This document shows positions 19,964-29,948 of a stretch of 64,000 bases of DNA, piece by piece. The notes under the pieces are model-generated. The model saw nothing but the letters and a program-made list of their open reading frames with translations, had not been told where the DNA came from and ran no database searches. The number at the start of each line of letters is the position of its first letter. Positions within the stretch are counted from its first letter, which is position 1. The translations under genes and the position numbers were made by a program. The DNA comes from a virus: positions 133,825 to 197,824 of the IMG/VR virus record IMGVR_UViG_3300045988_163643. One strand, 5' to 3'.

Positions 19964-21649
19964 ATGAAAATAAGAGGTGCTAAAGATTCATACAATCTAA
20001 TATTAAGTAAAATGAATGGAAAAAAATTAGGTATCATACCTTGTTCTATTATAGAAAGTATGCAAAAGGGTGTTAAAACTGTTAGTGAATTTACATTTTC
20101 AGTTAATAAATATTATGGTGAAAATAATGAAATAAATCCTCTGTACGATGAACTTAAAACAGAAAGATTTATATTTTTAGATGAAGATGAATGTTATGTA
20201 ATAAAAAATATAAGTGAAGAAAATGAGAAGAAAAAAACTATAACAGCTTATTCGAGAGAAAAAAAATTATTTAAAAATATAGCAGAATTTGAGGATATTA
20301 CACTAACATTAAAAACTCCATATGCTGATATAGAAGGTTGTTTTAGTTTAGATGAATTATTATATGATGCAACTGGTTGGCATGTTGGATATGTAAGTCC
20401 TAAAGTTTTATATAAATCAAAAGAAACAATATTGGATAATGTTACAGGGGAAATAATAGTAGAATTGACAAAGGAAGAAAAATTAAGATACCAAGAAAGC
20501 GTATCATCAAATTGGTATGATTTTATTAATGATGATATATCAGAACAATTTGAATGTTTTCCTGTATTTAACAGCTATGATAAAACAGTTGATTTATATG
20601 ATGATGAAGAATTAGGTAATGACCCTAATTTAATGTTGTCTTATGACAATTATCTTAAGAGTATGGAAAAAGAAGATGATACAGAAGATATTACAACTGT
20701 ATTAATATTATCAGGAAATGATGATTTAACTATAAGTGAAGTTAATCCTAGTGGTGATACTTATGTGGAAAATTTTTCATATTTTATGGAAAATGAAGAA
20801 ATGAGTACTGAATTAATAAATGCATTAAATAAATATTATCAAATGGTAAATGTAAGAGCAGTAACATGGAATCAATTGAGAACAGAAAAAGAAGAAAAAA
20901 CTGCTACATTAACACAGAAGAAAAATAGATTATTAATAGTTTATGCACAAATGAAATCTATTGAATTTACTATGAAACAAACTACTGATGAAAAGTTTAA
21001 TGCTCAACAACAAGAAAGATTAGTAAAACTAAATGATGAAAAAGTATTATTAGAAAAAGAAGTAACGGAATTAGATGAAAACATTAGAAATATAGATGCT
21101 TCAATAGAAAATATAAATAAATTATGTAAGAAAAAATATGCAACTGATGAAAATGGTGTATTGATATTTACCGAGAGTTTATTGAATGAATTAAAAGATT
21201 TTATATATCAGGATACTTATAGTAATGATTCTATTACAGATGGATTAACCTTAATGAGAATAGGTAAAAAACAATTAAAAGAAAGTTGTTATCCTACTAA
21301 AACTTGGACTATTGATTCTGTTAATTTTATTGAAAAATTAATTGATAATGGTTTTAGACAACATTGGAATGGAGAATTAGGCTTAGGAGATATGATAGTA
21401 TTAAAAGGTGAAGAAACGATTGAAGTTGTATATTTAATAAATTATACACAAAATTTTAAAGATAAAACAATCGAATTACAATTATCTAATAAAAAAGATG
21501 AAAATACATTTTCACTATCAATAGGTGAGAGATTAACACAAGGTAAAGAGGCTTATGAAATAGCTAAAAAAAGTAGAAGTACTATTAATAGAGTAAATAA
21601 GAATAGAGTAGGACTTAATTATGACAAGATTAATAAAAAAATTTTATAG
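19964..21649 (+). CDS. tail-associated protein (Tal / prophage-tail N-terminal domain)
   Basis: 561 aa following Dit. The N-terminal pattern (ILSKMNGKKLGIIP...SEFTFSV...NPLYDELKTERFIFLDEDECYVIKNI) is typical of Gram-positive phage Tal proteins. Confidence 0.6.
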   Translation: MKIRGAKDSYNLILSKMNGKKLGIIPCSIIESMQKGVKTVSEFTFSVNKYYGENNEINPLYDELKTERFIFLDEDECYVIKNISEENEKKKTITAYSREKKLFKNIAEFEDITLTLKTPYADIEGCFSLDELLYDATGWHVGYVSPKVLYKSKETILDNVTGEIIVELTKEEKLRYQESVSSNWYDFINDDISEQFECFPVFNSYDKTVDLYDDEELGNDPNLMLSYDNYLKSMEKEDDTEDITTVLILSGNDDLTISEVNPSGDTYVENFSYFMENEEMSTELINALNKYYQMVNVRAVTWNQLRTEKEEKTATLTQKKNRLLIVYAQMKSIEFTMKQTTDEKFNAQQQERLVKLNDEKVLLEKEVTELDENIRNIDASIENINKLCKKKYATDENGVLIFTESLLNELKDFIYQDTYSNDSITDGLTLMRIGKKQLKESCYPTKTWTIDSVNFIEKLIDNGFRQHWNGELGLGDMIVLKGEETIEVVYLINYTQNFKDKTIELQLSNKKDENTFSLSIGERLTQGKEAYEIAKKSRSTINRVNKNRVGLNYDKINKKIL

Positions 21650-21664
21650 GAAGGAGTTGGTTTA

Positions 21665-24600
21665 ATGTTATTACCTAACATTCCTGCAACGACATATATA
21701 TCTTGGACTGGATTAGTAATAATTGATAAATCAGATAATACACCATACATAGTAAATGATGGTAAATCTTGTATGAAGTATATATATTGGGATATGAATG
21801 ATAATCCATATGTATTAAAAGAAAGTAATGAATGGATAAAAGAAACAGCAACTAAAAAAATGATATATATAAATGAAAATGGTATAGGAACACAAGTTCC
21901 CCATGATGATTATGATATTTATTATAATGATACTGGTAATGGAAGTTCTTCTCAATTAACAGGTGAAGCATTAGGTAAATATAATGAATTAAATGGAAAA
22001 TATATGACAATAAAAGAAGATGTAGATGGGATTAAACAAGTATTAGGTTCTACTGAAAGTGGTTCAGGTTCTTTAGTTGAAAGGGTTAATAAAATAGAAA
22101 AAACTGCTGAAGAAACTAAAGAAACAATATCCACTGTTGAAAAAAACTTTAGTAATAACAAAGAGTTAGAAGAATTAAGAAATAATATAAACGTTTCAAT
22201 GATAAATTTAGGTGAAACATTAGCTCAATATGAAGAATTGATAACAAAAGTATCAGAAGATATGGAGGTTTCATCTGATGAAAAAATAGATATATCAGCT
22301 ATACAAAACCAATTACTAGATAATTATACTGTTATGTCACAATATCATCAAGTTTTAATTGAAAGATTAAAAAGTTCAGAGGAAGATAATACCGATACAA
22401 TAAATAATTTAAATAAAAATTTAGATGCATTAAATACTTCTATTAATAATTTAAATTCATTAGTTAATGATTCTATAAGTGATAATACAATAGTTCCTAG
22501 TGAAATTACTACTATGTTAAATGCAATAGCTAATGTGGCTGTAAAAAATACTCAATATAAAAATGCAGTATCAGATGCAATATTATTAGGTATAGGTGGT
22601 AAATTAGTAGAAAGTATTTTAGACATAAGAAAAACTTCTAATAATTTTAGTCAAACAATATCTAAAATGGAAGAAGATATTGATGGTGAAACTGGCTTAA
22701 AAGTTTTAGTTCAAAAAAATGCTACTGCAATTAAACAAACTGCTGATAACCTAATATTGAATTATGTTAAGTATAATGAAACTACTTCTCAATTAACTAT
22801 TGGAGATAATGTAATTAAATTAGATGCAGGTAAAGTATTAATGACAGGAACATTAACTTGGGATAGTTTGGACGATTCAGCTAAAAAGAACTTAAAAGGT
22901 GAAGCAGGTTCTGCTCAATATGTAATGTTAGTTGGAGACCAAATATTTAAATACGATAAAGATGGAAATCCTAATGTTTCAGCAATAACTTTAAATGTTC
23001 AAGTATCCAATATACAAAATCCTGTATTCGACTGGTATTATAGAGATGCTAAAGTATCTAGTGAATGGACAAATATACCTAGCAATTCTAACTTAAGTTC
23101 ATTTATATTAAAACATGATGACCCAATATGGGGAAATAATTCAAATTCTATCACTATAAAAGTGGTATGTGGTGACTACACAGATGAAATGACTATTGTA
23201 AAATTACACGATGGTGTAATTGGTGAAGATGCTAAATCAGTATCAATTAATGGTAACCAATTATTTAGATACAAAGGTGGCTTTACAGAAACTCCAAATC
23301 CAACTTCAATTACTTTAACAGCCACTAGAAATAATATATCAGCTGATAAAACTTCAAGATGGTATTATAGGATTTCTGAAAGCGATGATTGGACTGAAAT
23401 AACTTCATCAAAAAACGCAAATACTTTAATAGTAAATCATGATAGTTATTTTGGTGATTCAAAAATATTAATGATAAGATATGAAGTAGAAACTTATTAT
23501 GATATTATGACATTAGCAAAAATCACTGATGGTGCAGATGGATATGCAGTATTGTTAACTAATGAAAATCATAGTGTTCCTTGTGATGAAAATGGTAATT
23601 ATACATTTGAAGCTATAAGTACTGCTTATACCTATGTAAAAGTTTATAAAGGATTATCGGAAGTTACTTCATTTAATTTAGAGAGAATAGATGATGGTTG
23701 TACTTCTGTTTATAGTAATGGAACAAGAAGATTAGATGTAACTTCATTATCTAAAAATATAGCTACTGTTACATTAAATATAACAGTAGATGGAAATACC
23801 TTCCAAAAAGTAATGACTATAACTAAATCAATTAAGGGAGAAAAAGGTGAAGAGGGTACAGGTGTTAATATAATTGGTAAACTAGAAAATAAAGACCAAT
23901 TACCTGCAACTGGTAAACCTGGAGATGCTTATGTTATAGATGGTTTATTATATGTTTGGTTAGAAGAAAATAATGGTTGGTCAGATGGTGTACCTTTTAG
24001 AGGAGAACAAGGTATCCCAGGTAAAAATGGTACTGACGGAAGAACCACTTATTTACATATAAAATACAGTAATGATGGTAAAACATTTACAAATAATAAT
24101 GGAGAAGATACTGGAGATTGGATAGGGCAATATACTGATTACATTGAAACTGATTCAACTAATTTTGCTGATTATAAATGGAAAAAAATAAAAGGTGAAG
24201 ATGGAGAAAAAGGTATAGTTGCAAATTTAACTAATGATACTCATATAGTACCTATTGAATCTGATGGTACTTTTGGAGAAGATTCTTTTAAAGGTTGTTC
24301 TACTAAGATAACTTTATCTTATGTTGGACAAGAATTAATCAATGGAGTTTCATATAGTGCTAAACCTAATAGCGATATAGAAGGTACTTTAGATACAAAA
24401 ACAGGGACTTATACAGTTACAAATTGGACAGGAGAAGCGAAAGGTACTTATGTTGATTTAATAGCTATTTATGATGGAGTATCATATACAAAAAGATTTA
24501 CAATTAACAGAGCAAAAAATCCTTTAGATGCGTATACTGTTGTATTAACAAATGAAGCACATATATTTCCTGGTGATATTTCTAATGCTTTAGCAAGTTT

Positions 24601-27600
24601 TACTACTTGTGATGTCTTAGTATATAGAGGAGACCAATTAGTTAAGGCTACTATTGGAACAATAGAAAACATACCTAAAGGAATGACAATCACTATTGAT
24701 AATAACAATACAATTACTCCTACTTTGAATATAAATGTTAATACTAACTTAACTGAAAACGGTGAATTAAGTATACCTATTACAGTTGGATTATTAAAGT
24801 TTACTAAAACATTTACTTATTCAATATCTTTTAAAGGTATGCAAGGAATTCCAGGTACTCCTGGTAAAGATGGTAAAGATGGGAATTCAGTAAGAGTATT
24901 GGGAAGATATGATAGTAAAGAACAATTAGATTCTACTCATCCTACTGGAAACGAAAATGGTGACGGATATATAATTGACAAAGATTTATGGGTATGGACA
25001 GAAAATCAATTTATAAATGTTGGTCAATTCCAAGGTGAAGATGGTACATCTACATATGTACATATTAGATATTCTAATGATGGAGTAACCTTTACTGGCA
25101 GTAATGGTGAAGAAGTTGGTACTTGGATGGGTATGTATGTAGATAATATTGAAGAAGATTCAACAGTATTTTCAAAATATAAATGGAAAAAAATAGAAGG
25201 TTCGGATGCTAAATTATTATCATTATCTGCAAGTAGACAAACAATAGCTTTTAATAGTGATAATACATTAAAAGATAATGCTGAAATAGTATTAACTGCT
25301 AATCAACAAAATTTTAATGATGTTATAACATGGTCTACAAGTCCTAATGTAGAATTAGGTAGTAGTGGTAATAATAGAACATTGAATCCAACAATATTTA
25401 CAAATAATAATCAAATAAAGATAACAGTAACTGGTGGAGGTTTAACTGATAGTATTACAATAGTAAAAGTATTAGATGGACAAAAAGGTTCAGATGGTAC
25501 TTCAGTTAAAATATTAGATTCTTATAATAGTAAAGAAGAATTAGACCAAGCTCATCCTGATGGAAATGAAAATGGTGACGGATATATAATTGATAAAGAT
25601 TTATGGGTGTGGAATGGTAATGAATTCATAAACGTTGGTCAAATAAAAGGAAATGATGGACAAAACGGTCAAGATGGTCTAAACGGTACTTCAGCTTATA
25701 TACATATAAAATATTCTAATGATGGTGGTGTAACATTTACTAATAATAATGGTGAAGATGCTGGAGATTATATGGGTGTATATACAGATGAGATTAAAGC
25801 AGATAGTACAAATCCTTCTGATTACACTTGGAGTTTGACTAAAGGTAATGATGGTTGGGATGCTTATACTGTCTTGCTAACAAATGAATCTCATACATTT
25901 GCAGGTAATTCATCAACTGCCCTAGTTGGTTCTGCAAACTGTGGTATTATAGGTTATAAAGGTGGTACTCAAGTAGCTACAACAATAGGCAATATTACAG
26001 GAATGCCAAAAGGTATGAGCGTATCAATAACAAATAATAGTACGACAAATGCTTATTTTATAGTTACAGTATCCAACAGTATGTCAACAAAAAATGGTAC
26101 ATTAACAATTCCTATTACAATTGATGGGATAACATTTACAAAAAAATTCACTTATGCTTTATCATTAAAAGGTGAAGATGGTACAGATGGTACTAATGGT
26201 TCAGATGCTAAATTATTATCATTATCAGCAAATAGACAAGCAATAGCATTTGATAAAAATAACTCTCCTAAAGATTCAACTGTTATAACCTTAACTGCTA
26301 ATCAACAAAATTTTAATGATGTTATAACATGGTCTACAAGTCCTAATGTTACTTTAAATGGTGAAGGAAACACAAGAACCTTATCAGTTAATAACTTTAC
26401 TAATAATTTAAAAATATCCATTACTATTAAAGCAGGTGACTTAAGTGATACTATAACATTAGTTAAAGTAATTGATGGTGTAGATGGAATAGATGGTTCT
26501 GATGGAACTGATGGTGTAGATGGATGTACTATTAACTTAACTAATGATAATCATAGTTTCGTAGCGAATGCAGAAGGACAAATTGAAATGCAACAAGCTG
26601 TTACTACAACAGTTATAGCTTATAAAGGTAGTGAGATTGTAACACCTAGTTTTGGTACAATGCCAACTGTTAATGGTTTAAAAATCACAAGAGATGGATT
26701 AACTATAACAATAGTTGCTTTAGTTGGAAGTACACTTGCTTCAAATGGCTCATTTAATATTCCTGTAATAATTGATGGAATAACTTTTAATAAAGCATTT
26801 AGTTATAGTAAAGTAAAATGTGGTGATGACGGAGCAGATGGATATACTATAATATTAACTAATGAGAATCATACATTTCCTTGTGAAAATAATGGAACTA
26901 TAGAAACAGCCATTACTACAACAACACAAGTAAAAGTTTATCAAGGTACTAAAGAAATAACGCCTACTATTGGTACTTTACCTACTGTAGATGGATTAAC
27001 ATTAAGTAAAAGTGGAACAACTATAACTATTACTGCTACAACAGGTAATAAATTGGCTTCATCTGGTAACTTTAGTGTTCCGATTATAATTAATGATGTT
27101 ACTTATTATAAAGTATTTAGTTGGGCGAAAGCATTTAAAGGTAATGCAGGACAAGATGGTAAGGCAGATTTACCAACTTGGATTACTGAATGGGATACTG
27201 GTAAGACAACAATCAATGGTTCAACTGTATTAACTCCTAAAATCTTTGCAGGTACAGTTAGTAATGGATTGCCAACTGGTGTTGCTATGGGTAAAAATGT
27301 ATTTGGAACTAGTGGTAGTTATAGTGGTGTTAATGGTATAGTTGGATATAAGAGCGGTACTAAAACTTATGAATTCAACACTAATGGAGAAGTATTGATA
27401 GGTAATAAAAATGCTTCACATATTAGTTGGGATGGTAGCAATTTAGAGATAGTAAGTGGTAGTAGTCCAGTTGCCAGTAAAGCTGATGTTGACAAAGTAA
27501 ATCAAAAGATTAATGAAATAAAAGAAAATGTAGATGATTATACAATAGTTATAACTAAAGATACAATAGTAACTAAATGTGATATAAATGGAAATATAAT

Positions 27601-27607
27601 AGATTAA
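21665..27607 (+). CDS. giant tail fibre / minor structural protein (1,980 aa) with collagen-like triplets and internal duplications
   Basis: Gly-X-Y runs (GEQGIPGKNGTDG, GMQGIPGTPGKDGKDG, GNDGQNGQDGLNG). Three copies of GDGYIIDKDLWVW...Y(L/V/I)HI(K/R)YSNDG...YKWKKI. The SDAKLLSLSA... modules are duplicated. Confidence 0.75.
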   Translation: MLLPNIPATTYISWTGLVIIDKSDNTPYIVNDGKSCMKYIYWDMNDNPYVLKESNEWIKETATKKMIYINENGIGTQVPHDDYDIYYNDTGNGSSSQLTGEALGKYNELNGKYMTIKEDVDGIKQVLGSTESGSGSLVERVNKIEKTAEETKETISTVEKNFSNNKELEELRNNINVSMINLGETLAQYEELITKVSEDMEVSSDEKIDISAIQNQLLDNYTVMSQYHQVLIERLKSSEEDNTDTINNLNKNLDALNTSINNLNSLVNDSISDNTIVPSEITTMLNAIANVAVKNTQYKNAVSDAILLGIGGKLVESILDIRKTSNNFSQTISKMEEDIDGETGLKVLVQKNATAIKQTADNLILNYVKYNETTSQLTIGDNVIKLDAGKVLMTGTLTWDSLDDSAKKNLKGEAGSAQYVMLVGDQIFKYDKDGNPNVSAITLNVQVSNIQNPVFDWYYRDAKVSSEWTNIPSNSNLSSFILKHDDPIWGNNSNSITIKVVCGDYTDEMTIVKLHDGVIGEDAKSVSINGNQLFRYKGGFTETPNPTSITLTATRNNISADKTSRWYYRISESDDWTEITSSKNANTLIVNHDSYFGDSKILMIRYEVETYYDIMTLAKITDGADGYAVLLTNENHSVPCDENGNYTFEAISTAYTYVKVYKGLSEVTSFNLERIDDGCTSVYSNGTRRLDVTSLSKNIATVTLNITVDGNTFQKVMTITKSIKGEKGEEGTGVNIIGKLENKDQLPATGKPGDAYVIDGLLYVWLEENNGWSDGVPFRGEQGIPGKNGTDGRTTYLHIKYSNDGKTFTNNNGEDTGDWIGQYTDYIETDSTNFADYKWKKIKGEDGEKGIVANLTNDTHIVPIESDGTFGEDSFKGCSTKITLSYVGQELINGVSYSAKPNSDIEGTLDTKTGTYTVTNWTGEAKGTYVDLIAIYDGVSYTKRFTINRAKNPLDAYTVVLTNEAHIFPGDISNALASFTTCDVLVYRGDQLVKATIGTIENIPKGMTITIDNNNTITPTLNINVNTNLTENGELSIPITVGLLKFTKTFTYSISFKGMQGIPGTPGKDGKDGNSVRVLGRYDSKEQLDSTHPTGNENGDGYIIDKDLWVWTENQFINVGQFQGEDGTSTYVHIRYSNDGVTFTGSNGEEVGTWMGMYVDNIEEDSTVFSKYKWKKIEGSDAKLLSLSASRQTIAFNSDNTLKDNAEIVLTANQQNFNDVITWSTSPNVELGSSGNNRTLNPTIFTNNNQIKITVTGGGLTDSITIVKVLDGQKGSDGTSVKILDSYNSKEELDQAHPDGNENGDGYIIDKDLWVWNGNEFINVGQIKGNDGQNGQDGLNGTSAYIHIKYSNDGGVTFTNNNGEDAGDYMGVYTDEIKADSTNPSDYTWSLTKGNDGWDAYTVLLTNESHTFAGNSSTALVGSANCGIIGYKGGTQVATTIGNITGMPKGMSVSITNNSTTNAYFIVTVSNSMSTKNGTLTIPITIDGITFTKKFTYALSLKGEDGTDGTNGSDAKLLSLSANRQAIAFDKNNSPKDSTVITLTANQQNFNDVITWSTSPNVTLNGEGNTRTLSVNNFTNNLKISITIKAGDLSDTITLVKVIDGVDGIDGSDGTDGVDGCTINLTNDNHSFVANAEGQIEMQQAVTTTVIAYKGSEIVTPSFGTMPTVNGLKITRDGLTITIVALVGSTLASNGSFNIPVIIDGITFNKAFSYSKVKCGDDGADGYTIILTNENHTFPCENNGTIETAITTTTQVKVYQGTKEITPTIGTLPTVDGLTLSKSGTTITITATTGNKLASSGNFSVPIIINDVTYYKVFSWAKAFKGNAGQDGKADLPTWITEWDTGKTTINGSTVLTPKIFAGTVSNGLPTGVAMGKNVFGTSGSYSGVNGIVGYKSGTKTYEFNTNGEVLIGNKNASHISWDGSNLEIVSGSSPVASKADVDKVNQKINEIKENVDDYTIVITKDTIVTKCDINGNIID
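23840..26480 (+). repeat. dispersed in-gene duplications (about 0.3-1 kb modules)
   Basis: For example, CTAATCAACAAAATTTTAATGATGTTATAACATGGTCTACAAGTCCTAATGT occurs at about 25300 and again at about 26290. The collagen-like plus HIKYSNDG module occurs three times. Confidence 0.8.
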
Positions 27608-27617
27608 GGAAGGTGAT

Positions 27618-29948
27618 ATGATGGCAAATCTTTCAATTATTGGTAGTCCTTCGACTACCAATAATAACCTTATAGTTAATTATAGTACGGATATTTCAGA
27701 TATTACTAATATAGAAATTAGTAATAATGGAAGCAATTATATAAGTGCAACAACTTTTTCAAACAGTTCTGCAATTTTTGACGTATCTAGTTGGAAAAAT
27801 GGTACTTATAATTCATGTACTTTAAGAGTCACATATGGTAAAACTGGAGAAGAAACACAATTACTTATTAATAATATAGGAAACATAACACAAACAGTAG
27901 GAAATTCATTTTATATAAAATATTCTACAAATAAAGCAGTAACAAAACATGAAGTTTCATGGGATGGTGGAAGTACGTTCTATGATAAAACTAGTGATGT
28001 AACTTCTAGTGGCAATAATTATTCTTTTCACCATGATGATAAAAGTAGTGTTGGAACTTATAGAATGGCTATAAGAGTTACTACTTTAAGTGGAGAAACC
28101 GTAACAAGTAATATATTTACATTAACTATAAATTCAGGAATGTCAGTAGATACCTATTATACTGTTAATTATCACTTACATAACGCTACTAGTTCTAATA
28201 CAGCCACTTCAATTAAAAAAGGTTCTAGTTACTCTACTACCGTTGCTCCTGAAAGTGGTTATAGAATAACTAAAATATACTGTGTGATGAATGGAGACGA
28301 TATAAGTGATTCAACAGTTAATGGTAACAATGTTCACATAAATAATGTTACCGGTGAGGTTCATGTTACTGTATATACAGAAGCAATTTCAGGTGGAGAT
28401 ACCGATACTTATTATGCAGTTAAATATCGTTTAAATAATGCTACTAGTTCTAACTCAAATACATCTGTTAAAAAAGGTTCTAGTTACTCTACTATTATTT
28501 CTCCTGAAAATGGTTACACAGTAACTGAAATTTATTGTGTAATGAACGGTATTAATGTAAGCAAGTCAGTTATTAGTGGTAATAATATTAATATACCTAA
28601 CGTTACTGGTGAAATTGTTATTTCGGTATATACAAAAACAACTGGTGGAAGTACAGATACTTATTATCCTGTAACTTATACTCTATTTGAATCAACAAGT
28701 ACTAATTCAGCTACTTCTATTAAAAAAGGTTCTAGCTATTCTACTACTGTTGCTCCTAAGAGTGGTTATAGAATAACTAAAATTTATTGTGTAATGGGTG
28801 GTACTGATATAAGTAGTTCAACTGTTAATGGTAATAATATTAGCATACCTAATGTTACAGGTGAAGTTTATATTACTGTATATACAGAAGCAATTTCAGG
28901 CACTAAGATTTATACAATAACTAGAAATGTAACTAATTGTACATCAACAGGAAGTGATACTTTAGATACTTCAATAACTACAACATTCCAAAGTGTAGTT
29001 GCACCTAATGATGGATGTGTATTAAAAACTTTAACTGTAAGTATGGGTGGAGTTGACTATACTAATGGTCTTGATGTTATAACAGATATGGAATGGAATG
29101 GAAAACCTGCTAAACTAATAACTATTAAAAACGTAAATGGTAATATAGTTATTAATGCAGTTGCCGAAAAAGAAACTAGTAAACCTGACATACCTGATAC
29201 ACCAATTGTAGATGATACTTTAGAAATATTACCTTCATGCACATATATTGATATTGCTGAAGGTGGAAGTAAAACAATATACTTTAAATTATCAAATAAA
29301 CCTATATCAAGTACAACTATAAATATTTCTTCATCATCTTCTTATTTAACACTTTCTACAAGTCAATTAACTTTTACTGCTGATAATTATCATATTGCTC
29401 AATCTGTAAATGTAACTTCTATTAGTGATAATAATAAAACTGATGACATGTATAATATAACCGTATCAGCAAATGGCTTAACAAGTAAAACAATAACAGT
29501 AGATGTTATAGATAGTGCTAATAGTAATTTTGAAGTGATTTATGACAATGGTACTTTAATTGATGGAGCTTCATTCTCATTAAGTAATGCAGTCAACAAT
29601 GGAACTTATATAAGTACTAATCAAAACCAAGATGTTAGTGTTGGTATAAGCAATCATCCATTAAGTTTTAATAAAAATGATAAAGTACATGTAGTTTTAG
29701 GATTAGGAACAAGTGACCCATCATCAATTTATTCTTTACGTAGTTTAGTTTTAGGCGATGGTTCAGCTAATAATATAAGTAATTCTAACATGATTAATGA
29801 AGTGCAAATAAATGAAGCGTTATCAAGTGATGGTAAAGTAGATACTTACTGGACAATAGCTGGTAATTTATCAAATATAACTTTAACATTCACATGTTAT
29901 TTCGCACGAGTTAATATTTATAAAATTTATATAGAAAGAGGGAAATAA
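27618..29948 (+). CDS. tail fibre / receptor-binding protein with repeated Ig-like modules (776 aa)
   Basis: Three TYY.V.Y.L.N.TSSN...KKGSSYST...P..GY..T.IYCVM.G...S...GNN..I.NVTGE modules plus a fourth diverged copy. Also one ISNITQT...KHEVSWDGG...TYRMAIRVTT module shared with the next gene. Confidence 0.7.
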   Translation: MMANLSIIGSPSTTNNNLIVNYSTDISDITNIEISNNGSNYISATTFSNSSAIFDVSSWKNGTYNSCTLRVTYGKTGEETQLLINNIGNITQTVGNSFYIKYSTNKAVTKHEVSWDGGSTFYDKTSDVTSSGNNYSFHHDDKSSVGTYRMAIRVTTLSGETVTSNIFTLTINSGMSVDTYYTVNYHLHNATSSNTATSIKKGSSYSTTVAPESGYRITKIYCVMNGDDISDSTVNGNNVHINNVTGEVHVTVYTEAISGGDTDTYYAVKYRLNNATSSNSNTSVKKGSSYSTIISPENGYTVTEIYCVMNGINVSKSVISGNNINIPNVTGEIVISVYTKTTGGSTDTYYPVTYTLFESTSTNSATSIKKGSSYSTTVAPKSGYRITKIYCVMGGTDISSSTVNGNNISIPNVTGEVYITVYTEAISGTKIYTITRNVTNCTSTGSDTLDTSITTTFQSVVAPNDGCVLKTLTVSMGGVDYTNGLDVITDMEWNGKPAKLITIKNVNGNIVINAVAEKETSKPDIPDTPIVDDTLEILPSCTYIDIAEGGSKTIYFKLSNKPISSTTINISSSSSYLTLSTSQLTFTADNYHIAQSVNVTSISDNNKTDDMYNITVSANGLTSKTITVDVIDSANSNFEVIYDNGTLIDGASFSLSNAVNNGTYISTNQNQDVSVGISNHPLSFNKNDKVHVVLGLGTSDPSSIYSLRSLVLGDGSANNISNSNMINEVQINEALSSDGKVDTYWTIAGNLSNITLTFTCYFARVNIYKIYIERGK

